DNA of 64,000 nt from an uncultured Pseudomonadota bacterium (GTDB lineage: Bacteria; Pseudomonadota; Alphaproteobacteria; JACZXZ01): assembly GCA_963749075.1 (NCBI GenBank), contig CAVVLJ010000021.1:480001-544000 (forward strand). The letters run 5' to 3'. A program made the position numbers and the translations under genes. Every line of letters starts with the position of its first letter. Within the stretch, counting starts at the first letter, position 1. The notes below the pieces were generated by a model, which was not told where the DNA came from, searched no databases, and worked only from the letters and a program-made list of their open reading frames with translations. Shown in pieces: positions 1 to 8,780 of this stretch.

Positions 1-171
1 ATCAGAAGCATTTTGTGTACTCTGAGCAGTAGCAATCTCAATTCCGCGTTGGATGTTCTCTAAGGCGACTGCATCCTGTCCTAGGAGGTGCGACGCCCAT
101 CCAAGGTCGTCGACGAGAACCCGTGCTCTGTCCAACGCGGCCTCTGTGTCGACCGCGGCAACAAGCGCCAT
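1..171 (-). CDS. Partial helical/TPR-like hypothetical protein running off the window; either a separate gene from ATG 171 or the frameshifted continuation of 177..809
   Basis: Manual translation MALVAAVDTEAALDRARVLVDDLGWASHLLGQDAVALENIQRGIEIA..., open to base 1. Confidence 0.45.
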   Translation of the reverse strand, partial: MALVAAVDTEAALDRARVLVDDLGWASHLLGQDAVALENIQRGIEIATAQSTQNASD

Positions 172-176
172 TTCAC

Positions 177-809
177 CTAATTTGACTTCTCGTTTGATTC
201 TCCACCGATTAGGTGCAACAGATGAGACATACTTTCGCGAATATGTAGCACAGTGGTCATCTTACCTTGTTGTACAAGCATAGCAACATATTCCGTGAGG
301 GCCTTAACAAATGCAGCTTGACAGTCATTCACGGAAGCATTTTCACGTGGCAACGCTGCGCGTCGAAGAATGGCATTTTGATGCCCTCGGATAAGCGACT
401 CATAGTAGGTCTCGAGCTGTCGGATCCTATCAGATGCGATCTTCTGCCATTGCGCTTCGTCTGGGGCCTTCGGTTTCGTGGCATACGCTTCCCACGCCGA
501 CCCTCGCACCTTCTTCTCAACGCCCTTGGTTCTATAATGGGGGTGAGTCCCACTGTAGCTAAGAGTTGCCAGAAGTTCCGCAGTAACATTAATCTGTCTT
601 GACGACGCGTTCTTGCCCTTCCAAATCGCGCGCTTCCAGTTCGAAAGATCGCTTTGGGACAAACCTAAACTCTTACGAAAATCGCCAGAGTGGTCCCGAC
701 CTTCCGAAAAGGCTGCCGCCACCCAGCTGAAGAAACTCTCAATCGAAGCGATTAAGGTCGGTTCCGGAGGTGGAACCTCCGAGACCTCGTACGTTTCAGG
801 GTCCCCCAT
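177..809 (-). CDS. Hypothetical protein with possible N-terminal XRE-like HTH
   Basis: ORF with GGAGG RBS before ATG 809; FRKSLGLSQSDLSNWKR resembles an HTH. Confidence 0.5.
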   Translation of the reverse strand: MGDPETYEVSEVPPPEPTLIASIESFFSWVAAAFSEGRDHSGDFRKSLGLSQSDLSNWKRAIWKGKNASSRQINVTAELLATLSYSGTHPHYRTKGVEKKVRGSAWEAYATKPKAPDEAQWQKIASDRIRQLETYYESLIRGHQNAILRRAALPRENASVNDCQAAFVKALTEYVAMLVQQGKMTTVLHIRESMSHLLHLIGGESNEKSN

Positions 810-1311
810 GACGCCCTCCGAGGTACACATATCATAAATCGGAGAGGCGTCGCAAGTTGGGCGCTAATTTGCCCAAGATGACGCCCAAGCCCGCGGCCAA
901 ATTTTCCAGAAAATAGGTCCAACTGGGCTACATAAATTGCGCGACGGTACCAAGCTACATTGGTCCTGACGCGTTCGCATGCCAGACCATAATCCCTCAC
1001 TGATGCTCGCGCCACTTCATTAGGAGGGTCCAATGGATCACTTCGTCTTAGCGGCCCATGCGATCGTCTTGGCGATCGCCGCCACCCGCGAGTGGGCCTC
1101 AAGATGCGATGGAACTCATGCGATCGACGAACAATTCGCGATGCACGTCGCTGCGGCAGTCGCCATCTTCGAGTGGCTCAGGGTTATTAGCCTTTTTTGG
1201 GCGTGACAGGGTCGCCGCCGGGACGCCGGCGGCGGTTACTCGCCCGCCTTTGACCTGCCGGTGCTGAGCCCTGCGTTGCCACCTGCGGAACGAGAAACAA
1301 CGGAGAAAAAC

Positions 1312-1783
1312 ATGAGCTACGTTAAACATGAGCTTTTGGCTAACGAAAAGATCATCTTCCAGGGGAGGCTTCACTGGATCATCTTTTGGAAAGCCTTGAC
1401 GTTTGCCATTTGTGGTACTGGAATGCTGCCTCTCGGATACGCGCTTGGTGAAAGCCATGTGGTTATTCTTACGATTTCCGCATTCGCGTATTTTATTGCA
1501 GCTTGTCTGTTCGTGCCCGCTTGGTTTATTCGGTGGACTACGGAGTTCGCGGTCACAAATTTGAGGGTGATACACAAGACCGGATTTGTCTCCCGCCATA
1601 CCGAGGAAATGAATATTGGTAGGATTGAGTTTGTGGACGTTGATCAAACGATCCTCGGAAGAATTTTCGATTACGGTACGATTTCATGTGCTGGGAACCG
1701 GGCACGGTATTGAACACCTTCACTGTATCGCTGAGCCAATTAGGATTAGGAACGCAATTGTTGAAAGAGAGCATAGCTCATAG
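1312..1783 (+). pseudogene. Bacterial PH (bPH_2) domain membrane protein, 1-nt frameshift near 1684
   Basis: Two TM segments, TTEFAVTNLRVIHKTG, VDQTILGRIFDYGTI; family-like tail HVLGTGHGIEHLHCIAEPIRIRNAI continues in another frame to TAG 1783. Confidence 0.7.
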
Positions 1784-1803
1784 TGTCTTGCTCTTCTGCT
1801 GTT

Positions 1804-1900
1804 GGGAACCCTTCTTCGCAACACGTAGAAGATCGCGTTGACGATCTCGCGCCATGTCCAATCACGCGGCCTACTGAGCCGCTCCGGCGGCGGCGGAAGT
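1804..1900 (-). mobile_element. IS5-family transposase N-terminal remnant
   Basis: Translates LPPPPERLSRPRDWTWREIVNAIFYVLRRRVP. Confidence 0.6.
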
Positions 1901-2032
1901 CTAGTGTCTTATTGATGAACCCACGCGGCTACTCGCGCGCTGGAACGGATAACATGGTGCGGTATTGACAGAGCCTAAGTCGAATCCCGATTACAAACGG
2001 GAAGAACGGACGCTCACCGTTACAAAGGACTT

Positions 2033-2674
2033 TCAATCTTCCCAAAAGGACTTGAATCGCTCCGGCGAGAGCTCGGTGTAGCGTACCGTGTGCTGGATAT
2101 TCTTGTGTCCGAGATAGTGCTGTACAGCACGCGTGTCCTGTCCGTCGTTCGCGAGTTTGTACCCGCAGGCGTGCCGGAGCATGTGCGGGTGAATCGGAAA
2201 CGGAAATTTCGCGGTCCCCCCTATCCGTGCAAGCATCTTACGAAATCCCGCGGGCGTCATCGGCGCCCGGCGCTCGGTGTTGAACACGTAGCGCGATTGC
2301 GGCTCCTCGCGCTTGAGCCTGCGAAGTGATCGGATTTCGTTCCCGCCCATCGGATGCACGCTCGGCGTTCCGTTCTTGAGGCGCCGGACGTGGAGCAGAT
2401 CATTTCCCAGATCGACCTGATCCCATCTTAGCACGCAGAGCTCTCCAGGCCGAAGCCCGTGGCGGTACGCCGTGAGGATCATCGTCGCATTGCGATGCCC
2501 GTAGCGCCCCCGCTCCCGAGCGGTGCCCATGAGCAGTCCGACTTCCTTGAGCGTGAGATATTCCCGCGGCCGGCGCGTGCTGTTGCCTACTCGGCGCGGG
2601 GGTACTGTCCCATTTATAGTGCTTGGCGGTCTCCGCCGCCGGATGTTTTTGGCCTTTGTTTTCCCTGTCGCCAT
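2033..2674 (-). CDS. Tyrosine recombinase, FimB/FimE-like, catalytic domain only
   Basis: REYLT, YRHGLR, HPHMLRHACGY, HYLGHKNIQHTVRY (R-H-R-H-Y residues). Confidence 0.9.
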   Translation of the reverse strand: MATGKTKAKNIRRRRPPSTINGTVPPRRVGNSTRRPREYLTLKEVGLLMGTARERGRYGHRNATMILTAYRHGLRPGELCVLRWDQVDLGNDLLHVRRLKNGTPSVHPMGGNEIRSLRRLKREEPQSRYVFNTERRAPMTPAGFRKMLARIGGTAKFPFPIHPHMLRHACGYKLANDGQDTRAVQHYLGHKNIQHTVRYTELSPERFKSFWED

Positions 2675-2681
2675 ATCGTCT

Positions 2682-2713
2682 ACTGTCCCGTTCATGCCTC
2701 TTTTCGGGACAGT
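2682..2713. promoter_or_regulatory. Putative recombinase core/binding site (13-6-13 inverted repeat)
   Basis: ACTGTCCCGTTCA-TGCCTC-TTTTCGGGACAGT; extra half-site ACTGTCCCATTTA at 2604-2616. Confidence 0.5.
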
Positions 2714-3000
2714 TCAACTTTACCACACCCTGGCAGCTCCAAGCATGAACGCTTCTGAACTCGACTCTCCCATTCTCTTCCCTTAACTCGCCACCTCGAA
2801 ATCGATTTCCCTCGAACCGCTATGTCGGCAGGCCACGCTTGCCTGACCTAGGGATACCTTGATGAACGACCTCCTTTTGCGAGCGCCTGCTCAATGCTAT
2901 TCTAAGCGCGCGAGCACCACGATGGTCGACGTCTGGAAAAACGTCGGAGACGATCGGTCTGCGACGCCCCATTCGATAACCCTATTAATCGGAGCGACAC

Positions 3001-4011
3001 TTGCCAGATAGTTCGATAAGGCCGAAAACTAAGCGCCGCAATGGAGCGGTCACACGTGCATATCGCACGAAGCTCGGTAAGATGATCAATGGAACCATCG
3101 AAGATGCCCTTAGTCACCACGAACTAGCTCGAGCTCGAGGCAAGGTCAATCTCATTCTAACTTCGCCACCCTTTCCATTAGTCAGAAAGAAGCGTTACGG
3201 AAACAAGTCAGGAAAAACATATGTCGCTTGGCTTAAGGGCCTCGCGCCCCGGCTCGCCGAGTTGCTCGCGCCGAACGGATCAATTGTGATCGAGGTGGGC
3301 AACGCATGGGTAGAGGGATCGCCTGCCATGTCGACGTTGCCCATTGAAGCGCTTCTTGCATTCAAGAGAGCGGCAAAGCTCCACCTCTGCCAGCATATAA
3401 TTTGCCACAACCCGGCGCGGCTTCCGAGTCCGGCCGAGTGGGTAAATGTCCGACGCATCCGCTTGAAAGACTCGTTCACCCATGTATGGTGGATGTCTCG
3501 ATCCGAGTTACCGAAAGCCGATAATCGAAATGTCCTCACGCCATACGGCAAACAAATGAGGAAGCTTTTGAAAACAAAAAAATATAACTCCGGTAGGCGC
3601 CCGTCTGGCCACGTGATTTCGAAAACGGGATTTCTAAAGGACCGCCAGGGCGCAATCTCGGCCAACGTTATTGACTTTGCTCCCGAAGACCCCAAGTTAC
3701 CCCGCTCCCTTCTAAAATTCTCGGGCACTTCGTGGGACATAAATTACCGCAAATACTGTGAAAAGAAGAAAACAGCCGTTCACCCAGCGCGCATGCAAAT
3801 GGATTTGGCCGCGTTTTTAATACAATTTCTAACTGATCTAGGAGATTTAGTCTTAGACCCTTTTGCGGGATCAAATACAACCGGAGCCGCCGCAGAAGAG
3901 CTTGGCCGCCGCTGGATAAGTGTTGAGGCAATATCCGGATACGTCAAAGGGTCGAAAGGGCGCTTCAATCAGTTCGCGAAGCGTCGGAAGGCGAGCACCA
4001 AAAACCGATAA
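3001..4011 (+). CDS. Beta-class N4-cytosine DNA methyltransferase (M.PvuII-like)
   Basis: TSPPF catalytic motif, NPARLPSPAEWVN, HPAR, C-terminal DPFAGSNTTG SAM-binding motif. Confidence 0.9.
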   Translation: MPDSSIRPKTKRRNGAVTRAYRTKLGKMINGTIEDALSHHELARARGKVNLILTSPPFPLVRKKRYGNKSGKTYVAWLKGLAPRLAELLAPNGSIVIEVGNAWVEGSPAMSTLPIEALLAFKRAAKLHLCQHIICHNPARLPSPAEWVNVRRIRLKDSFTHVWWMSRSELPKADNRNVLTPYGKQMRKLLKTKKYNSGRRPSGHVISKTGFLKDRQGAISANVIDFAPEDPKLPRSLLKFSGTSWDINYRKYCEKKKTAVHPARMQMDLAAFLIQFLTDLGDLVLDPFAGSNTTGAAAEELGRRWISVEAISGYVKGSKGRFNQFAKRRKASTKNR

Positions 4012-4019
4012 GTATCGGA

Positions 4020-5609
4020 ATGGAGGAGGCAATGACCTCTGACAAGATTGAAACCGAGCTCACTATAGGTCCGGAGGCTATCGACGCATATAGCCGGCTC
4101 AATTATACAATGTGGCACGCCCTCGCTGAGTTTATCGATAACTCGACGCAGTCAAGGGTGAACTATGAGCCGATCATTGATGACGTGCTAAAAAGTGAGG
4201 GGCAGCCTCTCACTGTCGAGATTAACCACAACCGCCTACGCAAGGAGATAACCGTTAAAGACAATTCGATTGGAATGACGAGAGACGACCTGATCCAAGC
4301 CCTCCGCATCGCTCATCGAACCAAGGACAGCAAGGGACGTTCGAAGTACGGCATGGGAATGAAGACAGCTGCATGTTGGATAGGTCGCACTTGGAAGGTT
4401 GTGACATGCGAGTGGAGCAGCGGCGAGGAATGGACGGCAGAGATCGATGTCAAAGCGATCGCACATGATAATAAGAAGATTTCGCTGAGTATGCGCCCTG
4501 TAAGTAGGGATGAGCATTACACACAAATAGTCATATCTGACCTCCATCGAAACATCCAGGCGCGCACCGAGGAAACTATCAAAGGGTACCTTGGATCGAT
4601 GTATCGGGTCGATCTCCTCGCGGGCAACCTCAAGATTTTGTACAACGGCGACGAAGTGAAGGCACCGGAAGAATACGACATCGATACAGACCCCTCGGGT
4701 AATCAGTATAAGCGGGAGTTGCCCGAGACTAAGATCAACGGCAAGATTGTAAAAGGCTGGATTGCCGTGCTTCGAAAAGGTGGCCGCAAGTTTGGCGGGT
4801 TTTCGTTGTTCCAAAACAATAGACAAATTCAGGGATTTCCCCACGCATGGAAACCGAGAAGTATTTACGGCGGTGTGGACGATGAAGGGGCCAATAATCT
4901 GATCTCCCAACGCCTCGTGGGGGTTTTCGATTTGGACGGTTTCGAAGTGTCGCATACGAAGGACGCCATTCTCTTCGAGGATGACGAAGAAGAACAGATT
5001 GAACGCCTGCTTTTTGGGTTTACAAAAGACTATCGAGACTACGCGCAAAGGCGTCGTGGCCCGCGCGGAACGCCGTGGTCCCGGGACAAGGTTCGTGACT
5101 TAATCGAGAGCATGAAGAAAGAGTTTGTTACTCCCGAAATGAAGGACGCAATAAACAATTCGCTGCTTCCTCCGATCGACACGATTATCGGAAACAACGA
5201 GCAGCGACGCGACGCGCTAACCGACGCAGAAAAGCTGGCAACGATCGAAGTCCTACCAGAGCTTCGCGTCGTCGTCTCGCTTCAGGAAAAGAGCGAGCAT
5301 GAGCCGCATCTGACGATCGTAGCTGGCGCTACAGCAGGTACTATTCACGTAATTATAAACGGACTGCATCCCTACTACTGCGCCTTAGATTCCAGCGACG
5401 CAGTGGACGAGTGCATTCGTCAATATCTCTATGATGCCATCTCGGAATATCGGGTATCCAAACTCACTGGGGGAATTAATCCCAACAGCATTCGTCGACT
5501 TAAAAACGATCTCCTTCGGGTCGATGCGGTACGGATAGAGGATGCAGCCAAGGCCGTCCAAGATGGAGAGTTTGAGGCAATTATCCGCGGCGAGGCCTCA
5601 AAAGCATAA
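4020..5609 (+). CDS. MORC-like GHKL (HATPase_c) ATPase
   Basis: ALAEFIDNS, KDNSIGM, GRSKYGMGMKTA Bergerat motifs; start may be ATG 4032. Confidence 0.85.
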   Translation: MEEAMTSDKIETELTIGPEAIDAYSRLNYTMWHALAEFIDNSTQSRVNYEPIIDDVLKSEGQPLTVEINHNRLRKEITVKDNSIGMTRDDLIQALRIAHRTKDSKGRSKYGMGMKTAACWIGRTWKVVTCEWSSGEEWTAEIDVKAIAHDNKKISLSMRPVSRDEHYTQIVISDLHRNIQARTEETIKGYLGSMYRVDLLAGNLKILYNGDEVKAPEEYDIDTDPSGNQYKRELPETKINGKIVKGWIAVLRKGGRKFGGFSLFQNNRQIQGFPHAWKPRSIYGGVDDEGANNLISQRLVGVFDLDGFEVSHTKDAILFEDDEEEQIERLLFGFTKDYRDYAQRRRGPRGTPWSRDKVRDLIESMKKEFVTPEMKDAINNSLLPPIDTIIGNNEQRRDALTDAEKLATIEVLPELRVVVSLQEKSEHEPHLTIVAGATAGTIHVIINGLHPYYCALDSSDAVDECIRQYLYDAISEYRVSKLTGGINPNSIRRLKNDLLRVDAVRIEDAAKAVQDGEFEAIIRGEASKA

Positions 5610-5613
5610 CCAC

Positions 5614-6771
5614 GTGGTGCCAAAATTGGAACTCCGAAACTGGCAAAACGAGGCGTTGGCTCGATGGGAGGAGAATAGCCACCGCGGCATAATCGAAGTC
5701 GTTACCGGAGGAGGTAAGACCATATTTGCACTGTCGTGCATCGATAAGCTAAATCCCGATACGTCGCTGGTAGTAGTTCCGACCATTGCGCTATTGGATC
5801 AATGGTGGGAGGAAGCAGCAAGTTTTTTTGGCATCGAGATCGATGAGGTTCATGTCATCACCGGACGGCAGAAGGTCAGAGTTGGCACGATTAATCTTGC
5901 GGTGCTCAACACTGCATCGAAGCTCCATGAACAAGCCCGAAGTCAGCGTTGCTTCCTAATTGTCGATGAATGCCATAAGGCAGCGAGCGAACAATTTCGG
6001 GCCGTCTTGAATATTCCTACGGTTGCGACCCTCGGTTTATCGGCGACACCAGAACGTCCTTACGATGATGGGCTTCGCGCAATTCTTGTTCCTGCCCTTG
6101 GCCCCGTAATTTATACATACAGCTATAGAGACGCCCTTCGTGATGGCGTGATAGTCCCATTCGCCCTTCGCAACATACTATTTGAGCTCGAGGAGGACCG
6201 GCAAAAAGAATATAGCAAGCTTACCAAAGCAATCGCCCGTACCATTGACCTGTATGGTGTTGACGCACAAGAGACGGTCAAGCTGTTTTTACGCCGCGCC
6301 CGAGTGCTAAATCTTAGTCTCAATCGCGTTCGTTTGGCCCTGAAAATTGTTGCCGCCCATAAAGGTCAGCGAGTGTTGATTTTTCACGAGGACATCGAAG
6401 CATGCAATTTGATTCACCAGATTCTTGCGGAAAACAAAGTGCGGGTTGGAATATATCACTCGAAGATGTTGCTTCGTGACCGTGTTGACATGCTGTCGGC
6501 ATATCGCAGGGGCGTCGTGGATGTGCTCGTCACCTGTCGGGCGCTTGATGAAGGGTTCAATGTGCCTGAGACTGAGATCGGTATTATAGCCGCGAGCACG
6601 GCAACGAGGCGTCAGCGCATCCAGCGTCTGGGGCGAGTCCTCCGCCCCTCTATGGGCAAGGGCAGAGCCATTGTATATACCCTCGTTGCAACCGAGCCGG
6701 AAATTGGGCGGTTGCAAGCGGAAGAAACGGACCTTGAGGGTGTCGCTGATGTGACGTGGGGGCACGCGTGA
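5614..6771 (+). CDS. SF2 DExH helicase (ResIII/XPB-like)
   Basis: LRNWQ, TGGGKT, DECH, LGLSAT, LDEGFNVP, QRLGRVLR. Confidence 0.9.
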   Translation: MVPKLELRNWQNEALARWEENSHRGIIEVVTGGGKTIFALSCIDKLNPDTSLVVVPTIALLDQWWEEAASFFGIEIDEVHVITGRQKVRVGTINLAVLNTASKLHEQARSQRCFLIVDECHKAASEQFRAVLNIPTVATLGLSATPERPYDDGLRAILVPALGPVIYTYSYRDALRDGVIVPFALRNILFELEEDRQKEYSKLTKAIARTIDLYGVDAQETVKLFLRRARVLNLSLNRVRLALKIVAAHKGQRVLIFHEDIEACNLIHQILAENKVRVGIYHSKMLLRDRVDMLSAYRRGVVDVLVTCRALDEGFNVPETEIGIIAASTATRRQRIQRLGRVLRPSMGKGRAIVYTLVATEPEIGRLQAEETDLEGVADVTWGHA

Positions 6772-6945
6772 GAACGATTTTTGTTGGTGAATGCGCCCCG
6801 GACAAGATTCTTCACGTGTCCGACCCTGACGCTCCGAACGAAACCCAATTCGAGTTTATGGTGGTTAGAGCGTTATCATGCGTCTACCCTGACTATTTAT
6901 GCTTCATTTTTGGTGGATCGTTTCGTTACGATGACAAACTTTGCC
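6768..6945 (+). pseudogene. 5' fragment of fourth operon gene (possible PD-(D/E)XK nuclease), cut by IS3
   Basis: GTG overlaps helicase stop (GTGA); 59 codons ending FRYDDKLC at the IS left end. Confidence 0.6.
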
Positions 6946-7013
6946 TGAGCTGGTCCTGGAAAATCGGACAGGGTGATAAGGTGTATTCCGCCGGATAACG
7001 GAGGGATACGACG

Positions 7014-7295
7014 ATGACGACGAGACGGCGGTTTACGGGCGATTTCAAGGCCCGGGTAGCCCTGGAAGCGTTGCGGGGCGACAAGACGGTTCAGGAGATC
7101 GCGGCCAAGCACAAGGTGCATCCGAACCAGGTGAGCACGTGGAAGCGCCAAGCGATCGACGGCTTGGGCGAGGTGTTCTCGAGCGGGGTGGACCGCGAGC
7201 GCCAGGATCACGAGAGCGAGGTTCGCGATCTCCACGCCAAGATCGGGCAGTTGACGGTGGAACGGGATTTTTTGGCCAGAGGGCTCAAGCGATGA
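7014..7295 (+). CDS. IS3 OrfA (HTH)
   Basis: RRRFTGDFKARVALEAL...VHPNQVSTWK; T6 run at 7268-7273. Confidence 0.9.
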   Translation: MTTRRRFTGDFKARVALEALRGDKTVQEIAAKHKVHPNQVSTWKRQAIDGLGEVFSSGVDRERQDHESEVRDLHAKIGQLTVERDFLARGLKR

Positions 7296-8248
7296 GCCGG
7301 GGGGAACGCAAGGCGATGATCACGCCCGGCCACCCCGACTTGAGCTTGAGCCGCCAATGCCGGCTTCTCTCGATCAGCCGCTCCTCGTTCTATTACGCCC
7401 CCAGGGGCGAGAGCCCGGAGAACCTGGCGCTGATGCGCCGCATCGACGAGCTGTTTCTGCGCTGCCCCTTCTACGGCAGCCGGCAAATGGTGCGCCAGTT
7501 GCGACGGGAGGATATCTCGGTCGGCCGCCACCGGGTTCGGCGGCTGATGCGCCTCATGGGCCTGGAGGCGATCTACCAGGCGCCGAGAACCAGCACGCCG
7601 CACCCGGCGCACCGGGTCTATCCCTATCTGCTGCGGGATGTGGCGGTGGACCGCCCCGATCATGTCTGGTGCGCCGACATCACCTACATCCCGGTGCGGC
7701 GCGGCTTCCTCTATCTGGTCGCGATCATGGACTGGGCGACGCGCCATGTCCTGGCGTGGCGGCTGTCGAACACCATGGATGCCAGGTTCTGCATCGAGGC
7801 GCTGAACGAGGCGCTGGCCGAATACGGCCGGCCCGAGATCTTCAACACCGACCAGGGCAGCCAGTTCACCAGCCTCGACTTCACCGGCGTGCTCAAGGAC
7901 GCGGCGATCGCGATCTCGATGGACGGGCGGGGGCGGTGCCTGGACAACATCTTCATCGAGCGCCTCTGGCGGTCGCTGAAATACGAGGCCGTCTACCTGC
8001 ACGAGATGACGGATGGCTTCGCGGCCGAGCGTGTCATCGGCGAGTGGATCGCGTTCTACAACACCGAGCGGCCGCACTCGGCGCTTGACGGCAGGACGCC
8101 CGCGGAAGCCTACTCGACCGGGCGGCCTGTGGATATGATGGACAAGGCTGGCGCCTTGCCCACATCTCCACAGGCCCAACAGCAACAAAAAGCGTTCAAC
8201 ATGATTCGAAGTCTTGGCAGCGTGATCAGCATCCGGAATACACCTTAA
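7292..8248 (+). CDS. IS3 OrfB DDE transposase
   Basis: WCADITY, FNTDQGSQF, DNIFIERLWRSLKYE. Confidence 0.92.
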   Translation: MSRGERKAMITPGHPDLSLSRQCRLLSISRSSFYYAPRGESPENLALMRRIDELFLRCPFYGSRQMVRQLRREDISVGRHRVRRLMRLMGLEAIYQAPRTSTPHPAHRVYPYLLRDVAVDRPDHVWCADITYIPVRRGFLYLVAIMDWATRHVLAWRLSNTMDARFCIEALNEALAEYGRPEIFNTDQGSQFTSLDFTGVLKDAAIAISMDGRGRCLDNIFIERLWRSLKYEAVYLHEMTDGFAAERVIGEWIAFYNTERPHSALDGRTPAEAYSTGRPVDMMDKAGALPTSPQAQQQQKAFNMIRSLGSVISIRNTP

Positions 8249-8599
8249 ATCCGCTGCCACCTGTCCAAACAACCAGGACCAGCTCAAACATCCGGGATGG
8301 CTCTTACGTGCAGCTCATCCGAACGATCGATCGCAGGCTTTCACTTCGTCATTCGTTCCCATTGCCGTAAGTGCGCCGTTCGACCCGATCGGCCAGTATC
8401 CTTAGCACCAGTCCCTCAGCTCTCACCACCGCCTCGGCGCGGGCGCCCTGCCATGCCCGGCCTATGAGCCTTCTAACAGCAGCGCTGCCGTGCTAAAACC
8501 TCGCAGCTTACCGTGAAATTTTTAAACGACATTCAGTGAGAGCCTATAGCGAGCCTAAGCATTTGACCTTGAGACGTAACTTATTGACAATATTAAGAA

Positions 8600-8676
8600 G
8601 TCCCCGTAGCTCAGCAGGATAGAGCGACAGATTCCTAATCTGTAGGCCGTGGGTTCGAATCCCGCCGGGGACGCCA
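8600..8676 (+). tRNA. tRNA-Arg(CCT)
   Basis: Acceptor stem GTCCCCG/CGGGGAC, anticodon loop TTCCTAA, GGTTCGAATC T-arm, encoded CCA. Confidence 0.95.
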
Positions 8677-8780
8677 AACTGCCCGAGCGACGCTCGGAGC
8701 ACGTGGACCGCAGAGACGGAGTCTGGCCCGTCGGCGATCCCGCCGAGCGGCCGCGTGCCGCGGCGGAACGGAGTGGGCAA

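Larger units (their letters stand above)
6946..8286 (+). mobile_element. IS3-family insertion sequence
   Basis: Terminal IRs TGAGCTGGTCCTGG...GGACAGG at both ends (TG...CA); orfA/orfB; no target duplication. Confidence 0.95.

Noticed and set aside
752-1267. Short ORFs between island genes
   Set aside because: No recognisable motifs or RBS; treated as intergenic or decayed.
2033-2674. The recombinase as the island's tRNA-targeting integrase or as an integron integrase
   Set aside because: Only ~213 aa, lacks arm/core-binding domains and the IntI insertion, and is far from both the tRNA and the repeat array.
3001-6771. Type III RM, DISARM or BREX
   Set aside because: The MTase is short and PvuII-like, the helicase has no fused nuclease, and no drm/pgl/brx-like genes are seen.
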